64,000 bases of DNA from Bacteroidota bacterium (lineage in GTDB: Bacteria > Bacteroidota > Bacteroidia > Flavobacteriales > Flavobacteriaceae), in assembly GCA_039027495.1 (NCBI GenBank), contig JBCCKH010000019.1, positions 16,921-80,920 of the forward strand, read 5' to 3'. The translations under genes were made by a program, and so were the position numbers. Of this stretch, positions 19,270-28,795 are shown in pieces. The first letter of the stretch is position 1; every line of letters begins with the position of its first letter. The notes below the pieces were generated by a model. That model was not told where the DNA came from. It saw only the letters and a program-made list of their open reading frames with translations, and made no database searches.

Positions 19270-20118
19270 TCAAAATACGGGTCGTGCAACTACAATTCCC
19301 GTATTGTTCTTTATTTTTTTTAGATAATCGACCAGCGGTTGGTCGGTGACGGTTACCTCGCCTGTGGAAGAAGCGTGCAATAGATGAATGCGCCCATCTT
19401 TCTCGATAGCCAAACCAGTATGGGTGACATCCAAACCTTTGATGGAGGTTGCAAGCGCGATAATATCCCCAGATTGGATGAGATGTTCTTTTTCTGCAAT
19501 CTGGTTTTGCTGAAGTATGCAAAGCTCCTCTTTCGCCAAACCAGCTTCCACTTCCAAGATGGCCTCATGATTTTCATCAGAGCTGAGAAAGGGATACAAA
19601 TTGCGATGGGTCCCCATAAAATTGATGGGTTTTGACACGATTTCTCCTCCTAGTTCATTCGTGATGTCTTTTACCAAACCCTTTTGGGCATTGTTTCGAA
19701 TCCAGTCTGTAAAATAATGTAGACGAGAAGGATATCCGTTTAAAACACCATCACGATAGCGAATGGTTTGTAAGGCTTGGGTAAAATCTTCAAAGGCATA
19801 TGACTCATTTTTGACCAATTTCCCAAAGGCCAGAACATTTTCCACGAAGGTTGTACAATCCAATCCGCTCAAATTGATTACCAATTGTTCGGTTTTGCCA
19901 ACTTCCAATGTTTTTTCTACATAAGGCGTACCCAAAAACGTCTTTCCAATAAAAATGAGCGAATCCCCTAAATGTTTCCCACGGATGGACTTTACGCTCT
20001 CCATCTTCTCTTTAAAGCGAAGGGAATCTCCAGAAGAGCAAACGACTTGGGCTGGGAGCAAATGTATTCCCCAACAGAATATCACAAAGAAAACAACACA
20101 CCGCATCAAGCAATCCAT
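19270..20118 (-). CDS. DUF1460 / AmiA-like N-acetylmuramoyl-L-alanine amidase (NlpC/P60 fold)
   Basis: FLGTPYV, GLDCTTFVE, SRLHYFTDW, GLDVTHTG, LLHASS. Start may be 20106. Confidence 0.85.
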   Translation of the reverse strand: MDCLMRCVVFFVIFCWGIHLLPAQVVCSSGDSLRFKEKMESVKSIRGKHLGDSLIFIGKTFLGTPYVEKTLEVGKTEQLVINLSGLDCTTFVENVLAFGKLVKNESYAFEDFTQALQTIRYRDGVLNGYPSRLHYFTDWIRNNAQKGLVKDITNELGGEIVSKPINFMGTHRNLYPFLSSDENHEAILEVEAGLAKEELCILQQNQIAEKEHLIQSGDIIALATSIKGLDVTHTGLAIEKDGRIHLLHASSTGEVTVTDQPLVDYLKKIKNNTGIVVARPVF

Positions 20119-20238
20119 TTCTTTAGGTGAAATTAGCGTTATCTATGGAATTATAAGGAAACAAATGGGTGTATTGAAATGTTAAATCAGCTTCAAGTAG
20201 TATTTTTGCAACGCATTTGAAACTATTACTTTTTTGCT

Positions 20239-21270
20239 ATGAAAGGAGTTTTGTTGGTGAATTTGGGCTCTCCTGATAGTCCCACGCCCAAAGATGTCAA
20301 GCCCTATCTCGATGAATTTTTGATGGACGAAAGGGTAATTGATGTGCCCAAGTGGTTGCGCAACGTTTTGGTACGTGGAATCATTTTACAAACACGTCCC
20401 AAAAAATCCGCAAAGGCTTACGCCAAAATCTGGTGGGACGAAGGTTCACCTTTGATTATCATATCGGAAAGGTTCGCCGAAAAGGTGCAACAAAAAATTG
20501 AAATGCCTGTTGCATTGGGTATGCGCTATGGTACCATGAGTATCCAGAAAGCACTTCAACAACTCGAAGAAAAAGGGGTAGATGAGGTGTTATTGGTGCC
20601 GTTGTATCCACATTATGCGATGTCTAGCTACGAAACGGTGGTGGTAAAGACCATGGAGGTACAACAACAGCATTTCCCGAATATGCAGGTGACCACCATG
20701 CCGGCTTTTTATAGCAATCCAGAATATATCAGAATTTTGGCCGAAAGCATCGCGGAAGGCCTAAAGGATTTTGAATACGACCATGTATTGTTTTCATATC
20801 ATGGCATCCCCGAAAGACATATCCGAAAATCAGACCCTACGAAGTTCCATTGCAAAATTGATGGCAATTGCTGTAAGATAAATTCGGTAGCCCATCATAC
20901 ATGTTACCGTCACCAATGTTATGATACCACGGAACTGGTCAAAAATTTTTTGAAGCTTCCTGAAGAGAAAGTGAGCACCTCCTTTCAATCTAGACTTGCG
21001 GGTGACCCTTGGTTAAAGCCCTATACCGATTTCGAGTTTGAACGATTGGCGAAGGAAGGCAAAAAAAGATTGGCAGTGATTACCCCAGCTTTTGTAAGCG
21101 ATTGTTTAGAAACCCTAGAGGAAATCGCCATGGAAGGGAAAGAAGAATTTGAAGAGGCAGGAGGCGAACACTATAAACACATTCCTTGTTTGAATGACAG
21201 TGAAGCTTGGGTTTCTTTGATGGCAGAATGGATAACAGCATGGGAATGCAAAGCGGAGCTTCCGGTTTAA
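20239..21270 (+). CDS. hemH: Ferrochelatase
   Basis: LLVNLGSPDSP, PLYPHYAMSS, FSYHGIP, FQSR..PWLKPYTD, FVSDCLETLEEI. TATTTTTG promoter-like element at 20201-20208. Confidence 0.96.
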   Translation: MKGVLLVNLGSPDSPTPKDVKPYLDEFLMDERVIDVPKWLRNVLVRGIILQTRPKKSAKAYAKIWWDEGSPLIIISERFAEKVQQKIEMPVALGMRYGTMSIQKALQQLEEKGVDEVLLVPLYPHYAMSSYETVVVKTMEVQQQHFPNMQVTTMPAFYSNPEYIRILAESIAEGLKDFEYDHVLFSYHGIPERHIRKSDPTKFHCKIDGNCCKINSVAHHTCYRHQCYDTTELVKNFLKLPEEKVSTSFQSRLAGDPWLKPYTDFEFERLAKEGKKRLAVITPAFVSDCLETLEEIAMEGKEEFEEAGGEHYKHIPCLNDSEAWVSLMAEWITAWECKAELPV

Positions 21271-21324
21271 GACCTTCCCCATAAGCCCCTTGTTTTGCTA
21301 AAAACCGAGGGAATTTAAAAACGC

Positions 21325-22713
21325 ATGGCCAAAGTATTATCAGACCAGTTGGGTACTGAACCTATCGGAAAACTGCTTGTGAAACAAGCGGTTCCTGCAG
21401 GTATTGGTATTCTGGTAATGTCATTGAATGTACTGGTCGATTCTATTTTTGTAGGCAACTGGATTGGGTCCATTGCCATTGCGGCAATTAGTGTCGTGTT
21501 GCCCATCACCTTTTTTATAGCTGCCTTGGGAATGGCTATTGGCGTTGGAGGCTCCAGTATTTTGTCACGAGCCCTAGGAGCTAACCAAAAAGAAAAGGCA
21601 CTTAAAACCTTTGGCAACCAAATCTCACTGACGCTTTTGGTTACCACCACCATGATGATGGTCGGCCTATACTACACCGATAGTTTGATACCGCTCTTTG
21701 GAGGCAAGGGTGCTATTTTTTCCGTAGCTAGGGTTTATTATATCATTATTCTTTACGGAGTTCCTTTGTTGGGTTTTACCATGATGGGGAACAATGTGAT
21801 GCGGGCAGAAGGTAAACCAAAGTTCGCCATGTTTGGTTTGATTCTGCCCTCAGTGGTCAATTTGTTGGCTGACTACATCTTTATTTATGTTTTGGATATG
21901 GGTATGGCCGGAGCGGCTTGGGCCACTACACTTTCCTATGCAGTATCGTCTGTTTATGTGGCTTTGTTTTTTCTGTATGGCCCTTCAGAGTTAAAGATAA
22001 ATGCGGGTCATTTAGTGTTTCAATCTTCCATTCTCAAAGAAATAGGTTCTTTAGGCTTTGTAACCTTGTCTCGTCAAGCGGCGGTTAGTTTCACTTATTT
22101 ATTGATGAACAATATCCTATTCAACCTGGGGGGTGAGGCAATGATTGCAGTCTATGCTATTATTGGTCGTATTCTAATGTTCGCTTTGTTTCCCATTTTT
22201 GGAGTTACCCAGGGGTTTCTGCCCATAGCGGGATTCAACTATGGAGCAGCTTATTATTCCCGTGTAAAGGAGAGTATCAGTAAAGCGGTCTGGTATGCCT
22301 GTGCGTTGGGGTCATTGATATTTTTGGGCCTCATGCTTTTTCCAGATGTGATAACGGGTCTGTTTTTAAGCAACCAACCCCATCAAAGCGCTGACGAACA
22401 GGCCATGAATCAATTTGTGTTGTCCCACACACCAAATGCGATTCGATGGGTGTTTGCGGCCACGCCGATTATTGCACTTCAACTCATTGGCGCGGCCTAT
22501 TTTCAAGCCATTGGAAAAGCGATTCCTGCTTTGCTGTTGACCTTGACCCGACAAGGCTTCTTTTTCATCCCTTTAATTTTACTGCTGCCCAATTTCTTCG
22601 GTGAATTGGGAGTTTGGCTTTCTTTTCCCATCGCGGATGTATTGGCGACCTTGGTTACAGGCTATTACCTACGAAAAGAAATCAAATCCACCCTTGAAAT
22701 GGCAAAAGGATAG
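21325..22713 (+). CDS. MATE-family efflux transporter
   Basis: About 12 TM segments; LNVLVDSIFVG, MRAEGKPK, LPIAGFNYGA, GVWLSFPIAD. Confidence 0.92.
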   Translation: MAKVLSDQLGTEPIGKLLVKQAVPAGIGILVMSLNVLVDSIFVGNWIGSIAIAAISVVLPITFFIAALGMAIGVGGSSILSRALGANQKEKALKTFGNQISLTLLVTTTMMMVGLYYTDSLIPLFGGKGAIFSVARVYYIIILYGVPLLGFTMMGNNVMRAEGKPKFAMFGLILPSVVNLLADYIFIYVLDMGMAGAAWATTLSYAVSSVYVALFFLYGPSELKINAGHLVFQSSILKEIGSLGFVTLSRQAAVSFTYLLMNNILFNLGGEAMIAVYAIIGRILMFALFPIFGVTQGFLPIAGFNYGAAYYSRVKESISKAVWYACALGSLIFLGLMLFPDVITGLFLSNQPHQSADEQAMNQFVLSHTPNAIRWVFAATPIIALQLIGAAYFQAIGKAIPALLLTLTRQGFFFIPLILLLPNFFGELGVWLSFPIADVLATLVTGYYLRKEIKSTLEMAKG

Positions 22714-23136
22714 CTACTCCTCTATTTTGGTGGCAGCTTTACTAATTATTTTCCACTGTCCATCGAGTTTTTTGAGCAGAAACATATCAATAAACCGCAA
22801 GTTGGCCTTTGGGATATAGATTTCCGCTTTGGCCGTGGCGATGTTGTTGGCATAATCAAGGTCGAGAATAGTACCTTCGCGTCCGTTGTACTTTCCTTGT
22901 TCCCGCTTTCCCATGGCAGTGGCATATTGCTGTGGGGTCCACAAAAAAATATCTTCCCCTTCTTTGTACAGGAATAAATCCGCCTCTTCGTAAAAGGCTT
23001 CCAGAATGGCTTCAGGTTCACTGTACGAAGAGCCCCTTAAATATTTATTGAGGGTTTCTTTAATGGCTTCAGTTTCAGATTGTGCTTGTAGCGAAAGGCT
23101 CAAACAGCAGATGAATGGTAATAGAACTTGTTTCAT
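22714..23136 (-). CDS. NTF2-like (lumazine-binding_2/SnoaL) secreted protein
   Basis: Signal peptide; LEAFYEEA, NIATAKAEI, FIDMFLLKKLDGQWKIISK. Confidence 0.75.
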   Translation of the reverse strand: MKQVLLPFICCLSLSLQAQSETEAIKETLNKYLRGSSYSEPEAILEAFYEEADLFLYKEGEDIFLWTPQQYATAMGKREQGKYNGREGTILDLDYANNIATAKAEIYIPKANLRFIDMFLLKKLDGQWKIISKAATKIEE

Positions 23137-23139
23137 GTA

Positions 23140-24303
23140 TTAGGAATTTGAATGGTTTTTTGGAATGATTTGAATCAGTTTTCCGTCGTCTTCGTCGGTG
23201 AGTATGTAAAGCTTCCCCTCTGGACTTTGTCTCACTTTGCGAATGCGCACTCGGTCATCGATAAAAAGTTCTTGTGCACTTTTCACGGTGTCATTTTCAA
23301 TGCGAAAACGCCACAAACTTCCGCGAGACAAACCAGGTACCAATAGATTGTTCTTCCAGAGGGGAAAGTCTTCTCCAGTATAAAAAGCCAATCCGGTAGG
23401 CGCCATGGTATGGGGCCAAAACCAAACGGGCGAGGTAAAGGAAACCCCAGGGAGTTTTGGAGGTTTGTAGTTAGGACTTCGCAATTTTCCCGAAGTCACA
23501 TTGGGCCAACCATAATTGGCTCCAGCCTGCAAAATATTGATTTCATCGCCTTGGATGGTTCCGTGTTCGGAAAACCAAATGGTTTTGGTTTCTGGATGTA
23601 TGGTCAGTCCTTGCGCGGCACGAATCCCCATGGCATAAATACCCGGAATGGCTCCATTTCCAAAATCGGGATTGTCTTCTGGAATGCTACCATCTCGATT
23701 GATACGATAAATTTTACCTCTTTTGTCTTTGGGGTTTTGTGCATTGGGTATTGGAGGATTATCCCTTTCCCAATACAAGCGTTCACCTATGGTGATGTAC
23801 AGTTTTCCATCGGGCCCAAAAAGCATTCCCCCACCAAAATGAAAGTATTCGCGCGCAAAGGGTTCTGCTACCAATAAGGTTTGATGGTTGACCAAAGAAT
23901 CCTTCTCCAATTGGGCTCTAACTACTTTGGTGGTTCGTCCTTTTCCTTTTCGTTTGGCGGCGTAAGCAAAATAAACCCATGGGTTCTTTTTAAAATCGGG
24001 GTCCAACAATACTTCAAAGATTCCTGAATTGTCGCCGATACTGTAGGCTCGAATGCTATCGGTCAAGTCACTTGGAAAACCTTTCAGAACGGTTTTGGTT
24101 TTTGACGCTAGATTAGCTTTGACCAGATTTCCATCCTTTTCCGAAATGAGTGCTTCTTCTTCCGATAAAAAAGCAATACTCCATGGATGGTTTAACCCAT
24201 CGAGTACTATTTTTTTCTCCGGATGATGGGGATTGGAAGATTCCTTTTGTTGGGTTTGGCACCCCATTAAGATGAGGAGGCTTAAAAAAATAAAGTTTTT
24301 CAT
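23140..24303 (-). CDS. PQQ-dependent sugar dehydrogenase (GSDH) lipoprotein
   Basis: Lipobox MGC; LNHPWSIAFL, HFGGGMLFGPDGKLY, SEHG..GDEIN..GANYGWP, RIRKVRQSPEG. Confidence 0.88.
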   Translation of the reverse strand: MKNFIFLSLLILMGCQTQQKESSNPHHPEKKIVLDGLNHPWSIAFLSEEEALISEKDGNLVKANLASKTKTVLKGFPSDLTDSIRAYSIGDNSGIFEVLLDPDFKKNPWVYFAYAAKRKGKGRTTKVVRAQLEKDSLVNHQTLLVAEPFAREYFHFGGGMLFGPDGKLYITIGERLYWERDNPPIPNAQNPKDKRGKIYRINRDGSIPEDNPDFGNGAIPGIYAMGIRAAQGLTIHPETKTIWFSEHGTIQGDEINILQAGANYGWPNVTSGKLRSPNYKPPKLPGVSFTSPVWFWPHTMAPTGLAFYTGEDFPLWKNNLLVPGLSRGSLWRFRIENDTVKSAQELFIDDRVRIRKVRQSPEGKLYILTDEDDGKLIQIIPKNHSNS

Positions 24304-24380
24304 TTCGGGCATTTTACAAAGCAAAGAAGCTTTAACCCGGGCAATTCGCCTTTAAAAAACATGAATCTTAAAACGAAAAA

Positions 24381-25391
24381 TCAGGCTTTGAAGAATGCTT
24401 TTCGATATTGCGAAGGCGTTTTTTGGGTCTGCGCCTTAAAGGCCAAGTTAAAGGAAGTGACATTGCCAAAACCACAGTCAAAAGCCACGCTCGCGATTTT
24501 TTCCTTTTGATATGTGGGCTGTTGCAATAGGTTTTTTGCCTTTTCAATGCGATAATGGTTCACAAAACCCGAAAAATTGGTCAGTTCAGTTTGGTTGATG
24601 GCTTGGGAGAGAATTCTGGGGGTAACATTGAGTTCCTTAGCGACGTTTTCCAACGTCAACGTACTTTCCAAATACACCTCTTCTCGCTGAAAAAGAGTTT
24701 TTAAAGCAGTCATGATTTTATGTGACGCATCCGAATCTAGTTTGGAAGCATTGTACTTTCCCAATTGAAAAGCATGTTTTTGTAGAAAAAGAAAAGAGAA
24801 GATGTAAATCAGCAATGAAAATGACAAGGCGCCGCCAATATAGAATGAGAAAATACCGGAAAGGTGCCCCATGTAGTAAATCCATAAAAAAGCAACCCCA
24901 ATAACCAAATTGCGATACCAATTTGACTTTTGGCGATGAACCTGTTTGCGATAGTTCACCAAAATGCTAAAAGACAAGAAAAGGTAGACTGCCAAATGCG
25001 CAAAAACCAAACAGTAAATCAGGACTCCAACCCCGGAACCGTTATTGGGAATCCATCCAGATGAAAGAGCAAACAAAACAAAGGGAAGAAAGTGTTGCAA
25101 CTGTTTGGAGGTATTTTTTTTGCCTGCCAATAGTACTTTTCCATATAACCAAAGACTAGGTCCAGTTAAGAGTACACCCGATAATCCTAAGTTTCGTTGC
25201 CAAGGCTCAAGGTCCAAATAGACATTGAGTACGGATTTTCCAATGCGGATTGTCAATCCCAGAATCACCAAAGCCAACAAAATATTGGCACTTCGCTCCC
25301 CTTTTTTTAAGCTGAACAAATACACACAAAGGAAAAAGGCTTGGCACAACCCCAAGCAACTCAATATCAATATAAAGACCTCCTTGCTCAC
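24381..25391 (-). CDS. Membrane-anchored AraC-family regulator
   Basis: Multi-TM N-terminal domain; C-terminal LTLENVAKEL..FSGFVNHYRIEKAK..CGFGNVTSFNLAFK. Confidence 0.88.
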   Translation of the reverse strand: MSKEVFILILSCLGLCQAFFLCVYLFSLKKGERSANILLALVILGLTIRIGKSVLNVYLDLEPWQRNLGLSGVLLTGPSLWLYGKVLLAGKKNTSKQLQHFLPFVLFALSSGWIPNNGSGVGVLIYCLVFAHLAVYLFLSFSILVNYRKQVHRQKSNWYRNLVIGVAFLWIYYMGHLSGIFSFYIGGALSFSLLIYIFSFLFLQKHAFQLGKYNASKLDSDASHKIMTALKTLFQREEVYLESTLTLENVAKELNVTPRILSQAINQTELTNFSGFVNHYRIEKAKNLLQQPTYQKEKIASVAFDCGFGNVTSFNLAFKAQTQKTPSQYRKAFFKA

Positions 25392-25473
25392 CCATCAAAA
25401 ATATTAAGAAGGGGGCAAACAACCTTCAATTGTCGATTTAAGTTGTTACTTTCAGCGAAATACTTTTATAGAG

Positions 25474-26577
25474 ATGAGATTTTCGTATGCAGGCTTTATT
25501 TTGCTTTTGTTGATGACCTTAAGTTGCTCAGAAAAAGAACCCATGAAAAAAAACTATCCATTGTTTGTTGGCACCTATACCAATGGGGCAAGTGAGGGCA
25601 TTTATAAAATGTCCTTTGACTCCAGTACAGGACGGATGGACAGCACTATGTTGCTCTCCAAGCTTCCAAACCCATCGTTTTTGGCTATTTCTGGGGACAA
25701 GCAATATTTGTATGCGGTACAGGAAACGGCCGATTTTGATAGTTTGGGCGGAGGTGTTACCGCTTTTTCATTGCAAAATGGGGTTTTGGAGGAACTGAAC
25801 AGCATGGGAACTGGAGGCGCCCATCCTTGCCATGTGGCACTATCGGATAAAGGCCAATTGGCTATTTCAAACTATACCGGAGGCAACTTGAGTATTTTCG
25901 ATTTGGAAGATGATGGGCGTTTGGGAAAACGGCAGTTAATAGACCATAAGAATTTGGATACTGTAAAAACATCCCATGTGCATAAAACCCATTTTAATGA
26001 AGGGGGACTATTCGTTGCAGATTTGGGTTTGGATGGCATCAAACGATATGCCATGAAAGACCATCTTTGGGAACCTGCGCTCCAAGTGTCAATTGAACTT
26101 GTTGATGGTGCGGGTCCACGTCATTTTGTATTCAGCGAAGGTGAAAAATACTTATATGTAATCAATGAACTGAATGCTACCCTAACCGTTTTTGAGCAGG
26201 ATGATGAAGGAAGTTATTACCCTATCCAAACAGAAAGTACGGTCGCTGCAGATTGGGAGGGTGCAAAATCTTGCGCCGACATTCACTTATCACCGGATGG
26301 AAGGTTTTTATATGGGTCAAACCGCGGTGAAAATACCATTGTAACTTTTTCAGTGGATAAAGCGACCGGAAAAATCGAATTTTTGGAAAGAACTTCAGTG
26401 GAAGGTGACTGGCCCCGAAATTTCACCTTGGACCCCAGCGGAAACTTTTTATTGGTAGCCAATGAGCGAAGCAATTCGATTTCCGTTTTCAAAAGAGCCT
26501 CAGAAAATGGAACACTGGAGTTTCTTCATAAAATGGATTTCCCAAGCCCCGTATGTTTGGTGTTTTTGGAAGAGTAA
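25474..26577 (+). CDS. Lactonase family protein (6-phosphogluconolactonase-like), lipoprotein
   Basis: FVGTYT, NPSFL, GAHPCHV, GAGPRH, ADIHLSPDGRFLYGSNRG, WPRNF. Confidence 0.9.
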   Translation: MRFSYAGFILLLLMTLSCSEKEPMKKNYPLFVGTYTNGASEGIYKMSFDSSTGRMDSTMLLSKLPNPSFLAISGDKQYLYAVQETADFDSLGGGVTAFSLQNGVLEELNSMGTGGAHPCHVALSDKGQLAISNYTGGNLSIFDLEDDGRLGKRQLIDHKNLDTVKTSHVHKTHFNEGGLFVADLGLDGIKRYAMKDHLWEPALQVSIELVDGAGPRHFVFSEGEKYLYVINELNATLTVFEQDDEGSYYPIQTESTVAADWEGAKSCADIHLSPDGRFLYGSNRGENTIVTFSVDKATGKIEFLERTSVEGDWPRNFTLDPSGNFLLVANERSNSISVFKRASENGTLEFLHKMDFPSPVCLVFLEE

Positions 26578-26612
26578 CACCCGAAACAGGACTTGCCCTG
26601 AAAGCGTAATAA

Positions 26613-27119
26613 TTAAGATTTGCTAAAAAGGGGAACCGCCTTTTTTTCATTATGGTCTTTCGCAAACCAAGTCATGATGTGTTTCTGAGGCCACCTTCTT
26701 ACTAAAGTGTCCGCCTTTTTATCATACCAAACTGCATCAAAATCTCCTTTTGTAGTCAACACTACGCGCCATTCTTTTTGCAAAAGCGAAGGGTCTTTAT
26801 AGTTGGCATTTAGGCTGTCCCAGTCTATTCCAGAAAGTATTTGAGGGTCAAGATGCGCCATGACTTCTTGCTCACTCAAAATGGCCAACCAAATAGGAGA
26901 AGATAAATGTTCTATGGATAGGTCTTCACGCTTTCCACCCCAACCAATTTTGATATCGGCGCCACCCCGAATGGCATCCACCAAAGCAGCTTTGCTTCCC
27001 TTTAAAACCTCACCGTCTTTATTGGTTTTCAAAACGACCTCCCAAGTATTGGAGCTGGAAGGTTTTTGGGTACACGCCAAGAAAAAAGCCAATAACAGGA
27101 TGTAGCCATACTTTTTCAT
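26613..27119 (-). CDS. Hypothetical lipoprotein
   Basis: Lipobox FLAC; Trp-rich globular domain; no family recognised with confidence. Confidence 0.7.
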   Translation of the reverse strand: MKKYGYILLLAFFLACTQKPSSSNTWEVVLKTNKDGEVLKGSKAALVDAIRGGADIKIGWGGKREDLSIEHLSSPIWLAILSEQEVMAHLDPQILSGIDWDSLNANYKDPSLLQKEWRVVLTTKGDFDAVWYDKKADTLVRRWPQKHIMTWFAKDHNEKKAVPLFSKS

Positions 27120-27206
27120 GATTTCGATTTTTGATGTGAACTACTACAAGGTACGGAAAGACTTTATGAAGAAGTATGGTCTTTTCTTTTCTTTAACCTC
27201 TGGATG

Positions 27207-27593
27207 TTATCCGAAGAAGAACTCATGCAAAAACCGTCCGGGTGCCAAAGTGAATCCACCAGCGATACCAATGGCACCGACGTACAATAAAACCATCTTT
27301 CGTTGATGTGCTTTTACATTTCCTTTTTTTATGGCGGTATAGGCAGTGGGTACTGTCCAAATGGTGAGAAAACTGAACAAATGAATCCATCCGAAATGGT
27401 TCAGAAATCTGCCACCAACATCTGCGGGCATGAAAAGAGTGAGCATGGCGGTAATCAGCATGAGAACCATATAGATTTTGCCCAAACTTTTATGGATTGG
27501 GGTGCCTTTTTTGGCCAAGAGCCCATAGGCACCCAAAAAAATGCAAGGTACTACTGTAATGAGATGCCAATACATTAAGGTTTCGTAATTCAT
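27207..27593 (-). CDS. DUF2306-family membrane protein
   Basis: KKGTPIHKSLGKIY, IHLFS, KAHQRKM..AGGFTLAPGR; ATGA overlap with the upstream gene. Start reassigned to 27593. Confidence 0.85.
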   Translation of the reverse strand: MNYETLMYWHLITVVPCIFLGAYGLLAKKGTPIHKSLGKIYMVLMLITAMLTLFMPADVGGRFLNHFGWIHLFSFLTIWTVPTAYTAIKKGNVKAHQRKMVLLYVGAIGIAGGFTLAPGRFLHEFFFG

Positions 27594-28690
27594 CCTTGGG
27601 TTTTTGCTAAAAATATAAAGGTTGCAACGAGTAAAAGTCCAAAAAGTACCGCTAAGAATATTTTCCAAGCGCTGTACGGACGGGTCCCAGAAATTGTTCC
27701 GTTTTCGCCATTCACGAAAAAGCTATATTCCTTTCCATTATAGCGATAAGCGCTTACGTACACGGGCAACAAGACGTGTTTAAAGGTCTCATCGCTCAAC
27801 TGCATATCCATTTGGGTAACCCTTTGGGTGTCTCCACCAATATCTTGACGACACCATCGTTTGGCAATACCATGGGCAACTTCTTTGGATTGCAAATGCC
27901 CCTGGTTTAAAGGAATGGTATATTTTTCTGTAACGAAACCCGTCAAAAAACTACTGTTAAAAGGCTGGAGTAGTTTCAAATTCCAATGCGCAACTTTGAT
28001 GGGAACCCTACCTTTTCGTTGTTGGGAAGCTTGAATCAAAGTGTCGTCCACAAATCCAGAAACTTGCCCCGAGGTGGGATACCATCGCGTCTTGCGAACC
28101 CGTTGCGAAACCATTTTTCCTTGCGAGTTTCGTACTCTTTTGGTTTCATAATAGTACTCTCCGCGTCGCCCTGAATAGGTAGCAAATAGCTGTGCATCAA
28201 ATGTCCAATAGGGAAGGTAGAGTCCTTTGGTGAACTGAGGGTCCAATGCCGCTTTTTTCAATTTATTCGGAGCAAACCAAAGCCGTTTCACCCAGTTTTG
28301 AAAAATTTGATGCGAACGTTTTTTGTCAATTTGAAAAGGAAGAATTGCGCCGGGTAGTATCCAATCGTCTTGGTAGGCATCTTCGATAACCAAAGGAGAG
28401 TTGCAATACACACAATGCAGGGATTTATAGTTTTCCTCTACATGCTGGGTCGCACCGCAATTTTTGCAATGCAGCATACTAATTTGCTCACTGTGCTTCA
28501 GTCCCCCCATTTCCCTTAGGTAGGGATACAGCTCCAACTCCTCAAAACCCGTTTCGTCAACCGCAATGGATTCCTGATGACCGCAATATTCACATACAAT
28601 GGAGGTAGTACCAGGTTTGTACTTTAACTCTGCACCGCAATTGGCACAGGCTTTCTTCAGTTCGGTTTTTTGGGTTGTTTGACTTTCCAT
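27590..28690 (-). CDS. Multi-zinc-ribbon membrane protein (YdjG-like; often mis-annotated as primosomal N')
   Basis: CANC..CEYC and CKNC..CVYC pairs, LPYWTFD, HVLLPVY..FFVNGENGTISG, single C-terminal TM. Confidence 0.8.
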   Translation of the reverse strand: MESQTTQKTELKKACANCGAELKYKPGTTSIVCEYCGHQESIAVDETGFEELELYPYLREMGGLKHSEQISMLHCKNCGATQHVEENYKSLHCVYCNSPLVIEDAYQDDWILPGAILPFQIDKKRSHQIFQNWVKRLWFAPNKLKKAALDPQFTKGLYLPYWTFDAQLFATYSGRRGEYYYETKRVRNSQGKMVSQRVRKTRWYPTSGQVSGFVDDTLIQASQQRKGRVPIKVAHWNLKLLQPFNSSFLTGFVTEKYTIPLNQGHLQSKEVAHGIAKRWCRQDIGGDTQRVTQMDMQLSDETFKHVLLPVYVSAYRYNGKEYSFFVNGENGTISGTRPYSAWKIFLAVLFGLLLVATFIFLAKTQG

Positions 28691-28795
28691 CTTGTTATTC
28701 CCGCAAATGCAAGAATCTTTTCATTTTTGAAATCCTGTTTTTTACCACTAAGGCTAAAGCGATAGGCGGTCACAGGATTGACCATTGCGAACGGA

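Noticed and set aside
27590-28690. Primosomal protein N'/helicase interpretation
   Set aside because: There are no Walker A or DExH motifs; only zinc ribbons and a TM segment are present.
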